Shown here piece after piece: positions 30,685 to 40,548 of a stretch of 64,000 nucleotides of DNA. The translations under genes and the position numbers were made by a program. The notes beneath the pieces were generated by a model. That model was not told the DNA's origin. It worked only from the letters and a program-made list of their open reading frames with translations, and searched no databases. The DNA comes from Candidatus Moanibacter sp. (GTDB lineage: Bacteria > Verrucomicrobiota > Verrucomicrobiia > Opitutales > UBA2987): positions 224,001 through 288,000 of the forward strand of contig CBDCEW010000105.1 of NCBI GenBank assembly GCA_965215885.1, written 5' to 3'. Each line of letters opens with the position of its first letter. Position 1 is the stretch's first letter.

Positions 30685-32600
30685 ACCCCATTCGAAAAGC
30701 CTTTCGAGCGGGCGGTTTAAGGTTCTCCGCCACGGGCGGACCAGCCTATGGCTGGCAGGTTTCGGGTTTTAGGCTGCCGGCGCTGCCGATGAGCAGGTAT
30801 TGAGCGGCCATCGGCGTGGCTTGCTGCACAATACGTATATTTGCCGCTGTCTGGAGGCATACTCATCCCGTGGTGCTTTTTTCTCTGAGCTTCAAAGCGG
30901 TCAGATTCAGGCTGCCTGTTCCAGTTCCTCCCCTCGGCGTTTCTTCATCAGTATGATGCGGCAGAAGTTGTAGGCCAGAACCTTCTCGAGCAGTTCATCG
31001 CCTACCGCATCGATGCCGCGGCGGCCGAGTTCGCCAAAGGCAAATCCATCTTTAATCGTGAACATCAGCGACTCCACTGCGGAGCGATCGCGGCGTGCCT
31101 CGCGATACGCCTCGCTCTCCCAGTCCTCGGGGGTGGTCAACTTCTTGCCCTTCGCCCCACTGATACTGATCTGCTTTACCCCCATGCTCAGCACCTCCTT
31201 GCGTCCCTTCGCCGAAGCATATCCGTCATCGGTGCTGACCAGTTCAGCAATGACACCGGTGCGCTTGATCGAATCGCCGATGGCCGGCGCCAGCTCAATG
31301 GAGTCTGCCGCGTTGCCTTGCGGTACGATCAGGCTGGTGACAAAACCGTTTTCGCTGCGAACCAGTTGTGGCTTGTACCCGATCACTGGATTGCGGCTGC
31401 CCTTCTTGATGTAGGCCGCCGATCCGTCCGAGAGGCTCAGGACCTTCTGTGTGGACGGTAGCTTCTTTTCGTGAAACACCCGATCATGAGCATACTCAAC
31501 AACCCGCTTGGCGTCGGCAATATCGCCCCTGATCTGGCTCAATGCCCGCTCCAGAAGCTCCCGGCGAGTGGGAGGCAGTGAATCCATCGACAGGCCCTCT
31601 TCAAGATGGCTCAGTTCCCCCGTTAGTGAGTCGGCCGCCTTGCGGCCCCGCTTGAGCAACCGCCGGTAGTGTTTCTTCAGCTTGCCCTTCGACTTCGGTT
31701 TGCCCGCGGCCAGACAAATCTGAAACTCCAGCTTGTCCATTTCCTCCAGCCAACGCCCAACCCATCCCTTGCGAAAATCCTCCAGCCCGAAGACATGCAA
31801 CTTCTGACCCAAACGATTGGCCCGCATCAAAAGACCGCTCAGAATCTTCCCATCGGTGGGCCAGCAGCTGTTTGCTTTCACCGAGGTGCTGTCGATCGTC
31901 AGCTTCCCGAAATCGTCCCATTGCTCCTGGAGGATAAACCCAATCTGTTTATCAAAGATCAACTCGCGGGTCGTATGGCTGACCAGGTTCACGTTCTCCA
32001 GAATCGTCGTCACCGCCGGCATTCTCAGTCCCCCGCTCTGCAAAAATCCGTACAAGCTCATCGACTCGCGCACAAACCGCCGTGCCGGTTTCGTGGTCAA
32101 CGAACCCAGAAACCCTCGAAGCATCACGAACACGTATACCGCATAAGCCGGCATCCGCGGCCGGCCTGCCCCAAGATTCAATTCAGCAGCCAGAATATTC
32201 TCCTCCTCGATGTCCAGCTCCGGCAGCTCCGCTGTGCGCCCTTCAAAGAACCTTCGATCTTCCAATCGAAGTTTCTTCTTCTCACGCGCATGGGCGTCCA
32301 GATCCTTCTCGATCGCCTCGATGATTTGCGCCGCGAACCCGGCCAATTCTTCAACTTCATCCAGAAAATCACGGAAATCCGTGTCTGGAACCGGCAGAAT
32401 GAGGTTGCTAAGAGGCGTCTTATCGCTTTTGTTCTCCTCTGTCGCACATGTTGGCATGTTTAACTCCTTTCTTAATCTTAGGTTGTTAAACACTAGCATG
32501 TTGCTACACTTTTTATCAAGCCAAAAAATGATTTTTCTCAAGTTTTTCTTGCGCCTTTTGCGCCTCTTTGCGGCCAATCAGTAGCTTTTCGGATAAGGTC
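30684..32600 (-). mobile_element. IS copy 2
   Basis: Same terminal repeats; flanks TGGCTA / TTGCTA do not match. Confidence 0.95.
30907..32457 (-). CDS. DDE transposase
   Basis: Near-identical to copy 1. Confidence 0.93.
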   Translation of the reverse strand: MPTCATEENKSDKTPLSNLILPVPDTDFRDFLDEVEELAGFAAQIIEAIEKDLDAHAREKKKLRLEDRRFFEGRTAELPELDIEEENILAAELNLGAGRPRMPAYAVYVFVMLRGFLGSLTTKPARRFVRESMSLYGFLQSGGLRMPAVTTILENVNLVSHTTRELIFDKQIGFILQEQWDDFGKLTIDSTSVKANSCWPTDGKILSGLLMRANRLGQKLHVFGLEDFRKGWVGRWLEEMDKLEFQICLAAGKPKSKGKLKKHYRRLLKRGRKAADSLTGELSHLEEGLSMDSLPPTRRELLERALSQIRGDIADAKRVVEYAHDRVFHEKKLPSTQKVLSLSDGSAAYIKKGSRNPVIGYKPQLVRSENGFVTSLIVPQGNAADSIELAPAIGDSIKRTGVIAELVSTDDGYASAKGRKEVLSMGVKQISISGAKGKKLTTPEDWESEAYREARRDRSAVESLMFTIKDGFAFGELGRRGIDAVGDELLEKVLAYNFCRIILMKKRRGEELEQAA

Positions 32601-32708
32601 TTGCTAGGGGAGGATCGGGCGCTCCGCGCACGATGATGCTTGAGAAAATCAGCGACCCCGTCCCGGCTCGCCGGGACGGGGAATTACCAAGTTAAAAGGA
32701 GTAGAGCA

Positions 32709-33662
32709 ATGGAAACCGAATTCACCTTGTCTCCATCTGAAGTAGTGTTATTATCCCTTTGCCTTAAGGTGTTTCGCCGCCCCGAAACTCTCTGCCAATG
32801 TATCGCGCATCGCGCTCCGTTTACCTTATCTTCAAGATCTCATGCACATGCGGATCTGATTCAGATGGATCTCTGCGTTCACTGTGATGGGCAATACGTC
32901 GTCGGCGACCAGATTCTTCCATTGAGTAATATCGCCGCGGTGTGTATCTACCCCCAGGAGATGCATCGTCTGCGGGTGAGTGCAACCGACTCGAAGGGAA
33001 TCCTTTTTAGCCTCAAGCTTCGTGCCGGCGCGGATTGGGCGAATCCGGAAAGGCGCCCTTTCTCCCGGATGAGTAAACTCGAGATAGGGGATACCCTGCT
33101 TTACAAAGTGCTTGAGCGTCTGGAGCGCCTGCTTAATCATCCCAGACCTTCCGTGGCGTTCTTTTGTAGCCTCGTTTCTGAGTTCATCAGTTTATGGCCC
33201 CGGGCTGAAGGCGAACACAAGGAACCCCATACTTTATTACTGCGCGATGACCCGAAAGCTGAAAGTGCTCTGGCGTGGATTGAGAAGCATCTCGTTGAAT
33301 CTCCCACAATCGACGAAATAGGATTTGCTGTACACCTTTCTCCACGACAATTAATGAGACGATTCCGCGCAACATATGGCACCACACCGCACCGCTACAT
33401 AATGAGGCGGCGGCAGCAGATCGCTCAGAAAATGCTAATCTCGCAAGACGACACAATTACTGAAATATCCGAGGTTCTCGGTTTTCCCTCCATCAATACT
33501 TTCTCCAGATGGTTCAAGAAAATGTCAGGGGTGTCACCCAGCGCGTATCGCGAGAAAGATAATGTCCATCAACCCTTGATGGCGCCTTCCGAAAGCCCCC
33601 GGATAAAAAGCCGCATACAGAAAAAGAAGAGCACGATCAGGGGAAGCGAAGCAATCGTATAG
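32709..33662 (+). CDS. AraC family transcriptional regulator
   Basis: LSPRQLMRRF..GTTPHRYI..ITEISEVLGF.SINTFSRWFKK..GVSPSAYR double helix-turn-helix. Confidence 0.9.
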   Translation: METEFTLSPSEVVLLSLCLKVFRRPETLCQCIAHRAPFTLSSRSHAHADLIQMDLCVHCDGQYVVGDQILPLSNIAAVCIYPQEMHRLRVSATDSKGILFSLKLRAGADWANPERRPFSRMSKLEIGDTLLYKVLERLERLLNHPRPSVAFFCSLVSEFISLWPRAEGEHKEPHTLLLRDDPKAESALAWIEKHLVESPTIDEIGFAVHLSPRQLMRRFRATYGTTPHRYIMRRRQQIAQKMLISQDDTITEISEVLGFPSINTFSRWFKKMSGVSPSAYREKDNVHQPLMAPSESPRIKSRIQKKKSTIRGSEAIV

Positions 33663-34429
33663 CCGGCCATCAACTCGCCCCATTGCTTAGTGTATTGACC
33701 TTCCAGGTGAAGGAGCGCGACGGCAATTTGCTGTTTGCTGAGGTCACGAATCAGAATCAGAGGGCCGACAAAACTGTTCCAGCTGCCGATGACCTGGAGT
33801 ACGCCAAGTATTCCCAGCACAGGCAGGCTCATGGGCCGGGCAATATACCAGATCTGTTGGAGCATGCCGCCCCCGTCGATTTCGACGGCGTCAAACAAGT
33901 CACGAGGAATGTCCTCGAGGAAATTGCGCAGAACAAAGATAGCAAAGGCCTGTCCGCCCGATACGCCCAAAAAGATCAGGGCCCAAAGACTATTATACAA
34001 ACCCAGGGCCGAAATCAATTTGAAGGTTGGGACCATATTGGCCACCCCGGGATAGAGCATGAGCACAATAAAAAGGTAAAAAAGGAAAGTGCTACCGAAC
34101 ACCTTGAATCTCGCAAAAAAGAACGCCCCGATGAGGGATAAGGTCAGTGTGAGAAAGGTGGTAATAGTTGCCACGTAGGTGGTATTAAAAATATTAGGGC
34201 CGACATGCTCCCAGCCGACGCGGTAGTTTTCCCAGTGGAAAGGAGGTTCGGGAGACCACGGGTTACGGGCAAACTGCCCGTTGTCCTTGAGGGAGATATT
34301 AATCATCATGTAAAACGGGAAAAATGAAAAAGACAGGAACCCCCATATCACGAGGTGCTTTCGAAGCTCGGTTAAGGTAGCGGACCGCATGGCTGTTCGT
34401 AATCGCATCAATAGACCCCAATGTTTCAA
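33569..34429 (-). CDS. Carbohydrate ABC transporter permease (MalG-like)
   Basis: IPRDLFDAVEIDGG EAA-like loop, WN.F..PLI motif, six hydrophobic segments. Start could be 34408. Confidence 0.92.
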   Translation of the reverse strand: MKHWGLLMRLRTAMRSATLTELRKHLVIWGFLSFSFFPFYMMINISLKDNGQFARNPWSPEPPFHWENYRVGWEHVGPNIFNTTYVATITTFLTLTLSLIGAFFFARFKVFGSTFLFYLFIVLMLYPGVANMVPTFKLISALGLYNSLWALIFLGVSGGQAFAIFVLRNFLEDIPRDLFDAVEIDGGGMLQQIWYIARPMSLPVLGILGVLQVIGSWNSFVGPLILIRDLSKQQIAVALLHLEGQYTKQWGELMAGYTIASLPLIVLFFFCMRLFIRGLSEGAIKG

Positions 34430-34440
34430 AGTGGTGCGTA

Positions 34441-35340
34441 TTACTTATCAACTCTTACATATTTATTATTGATAATCGTCACCACCAGGGTGATGAAAAA
34501 GAGAAGAAAGCCCACCGCACATCCATATCCGAAAAACCCGCGACTGAAGGCATCCCGAAAGATGAGGAGCCCCGGCACGGTGGCAATTCCTCCGGGGCCA
34601 CCGCTTTCCTGCAGAAAGAGATAGACGAACTCCCAGCCCTGAACCGTATGTATCACCATGAGGAGGAGGTTGATTCGTATCTGAGTCACAATAAGCGGCA
34701 ATTCGATGTTCCAAAACACATCGACCGCGCCTGCGCCGTCAATTTCAGCAGCTTCATACAATTCGCTGGAAATATTCTGCAAGCCGGCCAAATAGATGAG
34801 GATACCAAAGGCGCCAACCCAGGGAAATCCGACGAAGATCAGGCTTCCCAAGACCTTGGACCTATCCGCCAGCCAAAGTACGCTTTCATTAAGGTTTAGG
34901 ATTCCGACCTCCCTGAGGACTTGATTAAAGGCCCCTGTACTCGGCTCATAAAAATATTTCCACATCAAGATAGAGACCATAACCGGCACGATCATGGGAA
35001 TGACGAAGCACACCCTGTAAACGTATTGCCAGCGAGCGTTCAGGACGTGGTGAAGAATGACCGCGGCGATGATAGGCGGGACCATCTTAAAGAGATTCGC
35101 GGTGACGAAAATAAAAAGGACCCCAAACGACCGCCAAAGTTCGGCATCGTGTGCCATCTTGCGAATATTGCCGAGGCCAACGAACTCTTCGATGCGGTCA
35201 CCATCCCATCGGTAAAAAACATGGATGAATCCATTGAAAATCGGGAAATAATTGAAAACGAGAATCAAGATAACAGGAAGCGCGATGAGAAGGTAACTCT
35301 TCCATTGGTATCGCCACCTTTTGCGGTTCTTGGTCTTCAT
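34441..35340 (-). CDS. Carbohydrate ABC transporter permease (MalF-like)
   Basis: FVGLGN and LAGLQNISSELYEAAEIDGA motifs. Confidence 0.93.
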   Translation of the reverse strand: MKTKNRKRWRYQWKSYLLIALPVILILVFNYFPIFNGFIHVFYRWDGDRIEEFVGLGNIRKMAHDAELWRSFGVLFIFVTANLFKMVPPIIAAVILHHVLNARWQYVYRVCFVIPMIVPVMVSILMWKYFYEPSTGAFNQVLREVGILNLNESVLWLADRSKVLGSLIFVGFPWVGAFGILIYLAGLQNISSELYEAAEIDGAGAVDVFWNIELPLIVTQIRINLLLMVIHTVQGWEFVYLFLQESGGPGGIATVPGLLIFRDAFSRGFFGYGCAVGFLLFFITLVVTIINNKYVRVDK

Positions 35341-35397
35341 TGCCAGAGGGTACTTCCGCGGTGCTGGTGAGCAGTATTCCGGAAGTGAAGGAGGCGA

Positions 35398-36282
35398 TTA
35401 AGGGGTGAGTTGGTTGAGGTTGCCGCCGTCGAAACCATTGTCTAATTCCCGCAAATACCTTTTGACCAAGGGCGTACGTCGCGCGTCAGGAAAGCGCTTC
35501 AGAAACATCCGATAGTATCGTTCTGCGGAGGCGGGGTCAGCGAGTTTCAGGTCGCAGATCCGACCGAGTTTGAAAATGACCGTACGTTCAGTAATTAACT
35601 TCCTGATTCCCAACTGGTGAGCCTGTTGAAGGTGGAAGAATGATTTCGAGTAATCTTGCTCAATCTCAAGGTAGTAACCCTCAAGGTAGAGATGGGCAGG
35701 GACCAGATCGCGTGGGGCCCCGGTGTAGGTGGCGATGAACGTTTCGAGGAACGAGAAGGCTTCCTCGGATTTTGCCGGATCGGCGGTTTCGAAATAGTCG
35801 TCAAAGAGAGATTCGGTGCGGTATATGGCTGCCTGAACGGACTCCGGGCGGCCCTCGGCGAGATTGATTAGCCGCTGGAAGGCGGTTGGCATCTGGAGAG
35901 CCTGAAGGGTGGAAGACGAATCGCGTCGCGCAAGCAGTTGAAGGACTCGCGTTCTGCTCAGTCCGGCCTCGATCCGAATGCCGCGCTCAACTTCGGGATC
36001 TTCGAAGAGCTGTTGGAGCGTTTCGAGCCCGGCGAAACGGTCGCTATCGTCGCGGCCATGGACCTGGCAGAGTGCTAAGACGAGGCGAGCAACGGGTAGG
36101 TTTGGGTCCGATTGGGCGATCCTCCGGGCCTTCTCGAGGTCCCCTTCCTGATATGAGAGAAGGCATTGTTCGAAGTTGGTGAGCTTAGGGTTGGGGGGAC
36201 GGGAGGAGGTTGCCTGGATTGTTCCGGCGAGAAACAAAGCTATAAGGGCCTCTATCGCGAGAGAGGTGGCTAAAGGTTTCAT
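35398..36282 (-). CDS. Secreted TPR-like helical protein
   Basis: Signal peptide; A..YY..FLKRFPD TPR-like ending. Confidence 0.65.
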   Translation of the reverse strand: MKPLATSLAIEALIALFLAGTIQATSSRPPNPKLTNFEQCLLSYQEGDLEKARRIAQSDPNLPVARLVLALCQVHGRDDSDRFAGLETLQQLFEDPEVERGIRIEAGLSRTRVLQLLARRDSSSTLQALQMPTAFQRLINLAEGRPESVQAAIYRTESLFDDYFETADPAKSEEAFSFLETFIATYTGAPRDLVPAHLYLEGYYLEIEQDYSKSFFHLQQAHQLGIRKLITERTVIFKLGRICDLKLADPASAERYYRMFLKRFPDARRTPLVKRYLRELDNGFDGGNLNQLTP

Positions 36283-36716
36283 GGAAAGGGCGGAGGGTGT
36301 GGGCAGGCTACTATGGTTTCAGATTATCGAGTTCTTGTCTTTATCTTAGGTCGACATTTTACTTAGCATTTCTTGCCCTGAAGCCGTGCGGTCTCAGGCG
36401 GAACGTGTTTAGCGTGATGGCAAATGCCTTGGTTCGATGTTGGAAGCAAGGGGTCAAGCCTTAGAAGTGTCTATTTTTCGGGGTCAGCCGCCTTAACAAA
36501 TTGCCCCGAGCCTGCGAAGGGCGGTTTGTAAGGCCTGACCCCCTCAGCGAAGCGGAAAAACAGCCACTTCTTAAGGTCATGACCCCGAACGGCGAACAAA
36601 TCTGCAAGAACTTTAAGACCATAAGCCATCGCGCTAAACACGTATCTCTGGCGGCTGGAGAATTCTCGTTGACGATTCCTGGAAAGCGAAATTAAGATTT
36701 TTGGATCGGCCCACCT

Positions 36717-38162
36717 TTGGAAACGAAATTGGATGAAATCATGAGCAGCACGGCGATGCAAGAGGTGTCTCACGAGATGGGTAATCTAGTGAGTAATGGA
36801 ACCTTTGCCTCGAGTGGAGATGGAGACCTTCCGAAAGGTTGGGAGGCGGTGATTCCAAACCCGCACCTGGCGCCGGAATTCCAACCGATGAAGGGTGCGG
36901 ATGGAGGATCGGCTCTTGGTGCGTCTGGAAATGGCCGCGAAACGTGTTTTGGCTATGTCCGGCAGAGGGTGAGGCTCGAACCATGCAAAACCTACCGATT
37001 GCGGGTCCGTTTTCGTTGCTCGGGATTGGGAGATGTGAATCTGCATCTCCTTCATGGGGTCTTTGCGGAGACGGTTGCGTTCAACGATGGGATCTTCGAT
37101 TACGTGCGAAGCGGGAAGGAAGTCATAGGTGAGAATCGTTTTCCGGGGCCGAGCGTTGCTTGCGATGCCGACGTGCGGCTCTATTTCCGCTACAGTCCTT
37201 TCGGCAAGGTCTGGTGGGAGGAAGTGAGTCTGACGGAGTGTGAACCGATTCCCTGCCGCCCGGTAAAGATTGCCTGTTCCTGGGGCCGGAATTCGATGGG
37301 ATTCTGGGAGAAGTGGCTCGACAGTGTGGGGGAAATTGGAACGGACATCGCGTTGTTGCCGGAATTTTTCAATTCCTATGATAAAGGGCCGGGTTCAAGT
37401 TCGGATATTCCGAAAAACCGTGAGCCGACCGACGGACCTGCGGCCCACCTGATGGCATCGAAAGCCCGGGAGCACGGCATGTACGTTGTAGGATCTTACA
37501 TCTGCCAGCGGGGGGAATTGATTTTTAATTCGGCGCCACTGTATGGTCGGCGGGGGGAACTGGTGGGCACCTACGACAAGAATCAACTGTACCTTCCCGA
37601 GGCAAATGACGGAATCACGCCCGGGGTGGAGTTTCCAGTTTTTGACACTGATGTCGGGCGGGTCGGAATTTTGACTTGTTACGATAGTTGGTTTCCGGAG
37701 ACTTTTCGGCTCCTCGCTTACAGGGGCGCTGAAGTTATACTTTTTCCGAACGGTGGATACGATCTCGAATTAATGCCGGCCCGGGCTGCGGATAACGGGG
37801 TAGTTGTGGCGGCGAGTACGCTCGATGCACAGCCCGGAATATGGGAAACAAGTGGAGCTCAAGCTGGCGAACAGCATGCCAACCCGAATGACGAGTGGAC
37901 GAATCTGAACCGCCAAGCCCATTCCGCGGTCCTCTCCTACGAGAGAGATTACCGGAACAGGTGGATTGCGGCGACGATTGATCTGAGTCGGAAATACTCC
38001 CCCGGCTGGCACGGTGGTCCGATGCTGGCGGCACCGGGCGGTCGACGCTGCCGGCAGACCCTGATTCGACCGATTGAAGAGGAGATTGCAATAGAAGCGA
38101 GGCGCTGGTGGCATTTAGGGATAAATGAAAGCGGACGGCTGGGGTGCGAAAATACGCAGTAA
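36717..38162 (+). CDS. Carbon-nitrogen hydrolase (nitrilase superfamily) with N-terminal CBM-like domain
   Basis: Glu-Lys-Cys triad in LLPEF, YDKNQL and TCYDSWFPE; N-terminal NLVSNGTF..PKGW jelly-roll-like start. Confidence 0.85.
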   Translation: METKLDEIMSSTAMQEVSHEMGNLVSNGTFASSGDGDLPKGWEAVIPNPHLAPEFQPMKGADGGSALGASGNGRETCFGYVRQRVRLEPCKTYRLRVRFRCSGLGDVNLHLLHGVFAETVAFNDGIFDYVRSGKEVIGENRFPGPSVACDADVRLYFRYSPFGKVWWEEVSLTECEPIPCRPVKIACSWGRNSMGFWEKWLDSVGEIGTDIALLPEFFNSYDKGPGSSSDIPKNREPTDGPAAHLMASKAREHGMYVVGSYICQRGELIFNSAPLYGRRGELVGTYDKNQLYLPEANDGITPGVEFPVFDTDVGRVGILTCYDSWFPETFRLLAYRGAEVILFPNGGYDLELMPARAADNGVVVAASTLDAQPGIWETSGAQAGEQHANPNDEWTNLNRQAHSAVLSYERDYRNRWIAATIDLSRKYSPGWHGGPMLAAPGGRRCRQTLIRPIEEEIAIEARRWWHLGINESGRLGCENTQ

Positions 38163-39492
38163 CGCCGGCCTAACGTCCGAGCACAATCTGCTCAGGACTT
38201 TGCTTTCGGCGCAAGCGACGCGGGACCGAGGCGAATGGTGCCGGAAGTGGTCGCCGCAGCCGCAATTACTACCGCACTGCCGGGTGACGCGAGAGGCAAA
38301 AAGTGTCGGACTGCAAGTTGAAAGCGATGGAAATCCGGGATGTCACGGGGGATGGGAAATCGCCTGTCCCGACCTATGTCCCGGCAGATCCTATGTATTC
38401 AGCGTCGCAGCGAAAATCGAGGATGTTGCAACTCCGGTTGAAAATATCTCGCCCGAAGTTTATTTTCTGGGCCGGGATGGGCAACCTATCGATTGGGCCT
38501 TTATAGAAGGCGAAATCGAGAGCTGCGACTGCGTCCGATTCCGCCACTTCTTTACAGTGCCGGAGAAGACGGAAGAAACGGTTATTCGACTCCTCCTTCG
38601 TTGGACGGACCGCGGGCGCGTGACTTTCTCGGATTTGTCATTGACGGAGACGACTCCGTCGATTGAGGCCGTCGTCAGGGTGGCGGTAGCCGGCGGTATG
38701 AAACAGCACCGGACGATGGAAGGGAATCTTTCCGAGTGCCTCTCAACCGTTGAAGAAGCCCGGGAAGCCGGTGCGAAGTTGGTACTTTTGCCGGAAACCA
38801 TCATCAGCTACGGAGTCTCCCGCGATCCGTGGGAAGTAGCTTGTCCGATTCCGGGAAAGGAGACTGACGCGCTGGCGGCGAGCGCTGAAGCCAACAAAGT
38901 GACCTTGGGGCTGACGATCTACGAACGTAGCGGCCCGCTCCTCCATAACACGGGTTTGATCTTCAATTCGCTGGGAGAGCTGATCTTGAAGTATCGAAAA
39001 GTACATATGGCGGTCAGTGAAAGACGCTCCGGAATCACGCCGGGAAACGATTTCCCGGTTGCAGACCTGCCGTATGGGCGAGTCGGGATGCAGATTTGTT
39101 ACGACAACGTACATCCTGAGGGGGCACGATCGATTGCCAGGAGTGGCGCCGATCTTCTGCTTCTCCCCATCATGGGAGACCCCCGCTGCTCCTTGAGAGA
39201 CAATCCCTTCGATCTGGAGACCTGGAAACTAATCATGCGAATGCGGGCACTGGACAACCATCTATGGCTTTTGGTGGCATGCAACCACGAAAGCGGAAGC
39301 TGCATCGTGAATCCCGCGGGAGAGATTGTGGCCTTCAAGACGGGGAACGCTGGTCCTCTCCTCTATGCCGACCTGGATCCGCGCCTGCGGACATGGAGCT
39401 ACATCGGCTCGGATTTCAAGAACCGCTACTGGCGGGAACGCCGGCCCTCGACTTACGGGTCTCTGACGCGAAGCGATTTTGGAAACCTTTGA
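38125..39492 (+). CDS. Second carbon-nitrogen hydrolase with N-terminal extension
   Basis: LLPET, YRKVHM, ICYDNVHPE and RALDN motifs. Confidence 0.87.
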   Translation: MKADGWGAKIRSNAGLTSEHNLLRTLLSAQATRDRGEWCRKWSPQPQLLPHCRVTREAKSVGLQVESDGNPGCHGGWEIACPDLCPGRSYVFSVAAKIEDVATPVENISPEVYFLGRDGQPIDWAFIEGEIESCDCVRFRHFFTVPEKTEETVIRLLLRWTDRGRVTFSDLSLTETTPSIEAVVRVAVAGGMKQHRTMEGNLSECLSTVEEAREAGAKLVLLPETIISYGVSRDPWEVACPIPGKETDALAASAEANKVTLGLTIYERSGPLLHNTGLIFNSLGELILKYRKVHMAVSERRSGITPGNDFPVADLPYGRVGMQICYDNVHPEGARSIARSGADLLLLPIMGDPRCSLRDNPFDLETWKLIMRMRALDNHLWLLVACNHESGSCIVNPAGEIVAFKTGNAGPLLYADLDPRLRTWSYIGSDFKNRYWRERRPSTYGSLTRSDFGNL

Positions 39493-39525
39493 TACGAAGC
39501 CGCTCAAGAGCGGAGGATCTGCTTC

Positions 39526-40350
39526 TCATGCCCGCTTCACCATCGAATTGAAGAAGGCAACTTCCCTCTTGATTGCATCCAGAAGTCCATCCGATGGTGC
39601 GTCCTGAAACTCGCAATGGATTGAAACGGGGCCCTGGAAATCAACGGATCTGAGATAGCCGAAGACGGAGGTCCAATCGACCATGCCGCGCCCCGCCTGA
39701 ACCCACTTTGCGGTGGCGCGGCCGTGGCCATGGTGTTCATCCCGAACCAAATGGACATCCTTCACTGCCACCGCGCGCAGGTAGCCCTTGAGGATGGCCG
39801 CGCCATAGGCGAACTCCTCCCCCTCGATCCGCATATGGCCGGCATCGGCATAGGCTCCGATAAAGCGCGAATCGAGCTCACGAATTAAGTGGGCCAAGGT
39901 CCCGCCGTTCAACCCGAGGCATCGCCCGGAGTGCATATGGTAACAGATAGTCACATTGTGGCGCTCGCCGAGACGCACCCAACGCTCAAGCGCGCGACGG
40001 GCATGGTCCACCGCTTCCCAGTAATCGTGCTTATCGGGGTCAAAGCGAAAATATCCCATCTTGAGGAGTCTGACATCGGCCTCGTCCAAAGCCCCCAGGA
40101 GAGGCTCCACCGCAGGGTTTTCGGGGTCGAGCAATTCGGTATTATCGCCGGTCACGAGAGGAATACTGAGACCGTTTTCATGAGAGATCCGAACCGCTTC
40201 GCGGAGTGCGGGGCGGAGGTTATCCGGATTCACGGGATGACCGGGCCGCACGCATAGATCGAATCCGTCCAAGCCGAGTTCGGTCCCCAGATTAACCAAT
40301 TCGCCGATGGTTTTTCCCGCCAGTGCCTTAGTAAAGAGGATGGTTTTCAT
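39526..40350 (-). CDS. Sugar phosphate isomerase/epimerase (xylose-isomerase-like TIM barrel)
   Basis: GLDGFDLCVRPG, DAGH, VKD, G.GMVDW and S.H.E motifs. Confidence 0.85.
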   Translation of the reverse strand: MKTILFTKALAGKTIGELVNLGTELGLDGFDLCVRPGHPVNPDNLRPALREAVRISHENGLSIPLVTGDNTELLDPENPAVEPLLGALDEADVRLLKMGYFRFDPDKHDYWEAVDHARRALERWVRLGERHNVTICYHMHSGRCLGLNGGTLAHLIRELDSRFIGAYADAGHMRIEGEEFAYGAAILKGYLRAVAVKDVHLVRDEHHGHGRATAKWVQAGRGMVDWTSVFGYLRSVDFQGPVSIHCEFQDAPSDGLLDAIKREVAFFNSMVKRA

Positions 40351-40548
40351 AGTGGTATTGATTTCAGCTATGTTCGGCGAATGGCGTATCTGACAATCGC
40401 CCGAACCTACGATAACTCTAGCGAACAGCGAACATCCAGTCTATGGCAAGTAGGGACGAATCTCTGGTAAATAACCGACAAGGAACTTCGTTTCGCCGAA
40501 AATACTGTTTACAAGCGATCGTCAATTCCTTTACCAATCCAGATTGGA

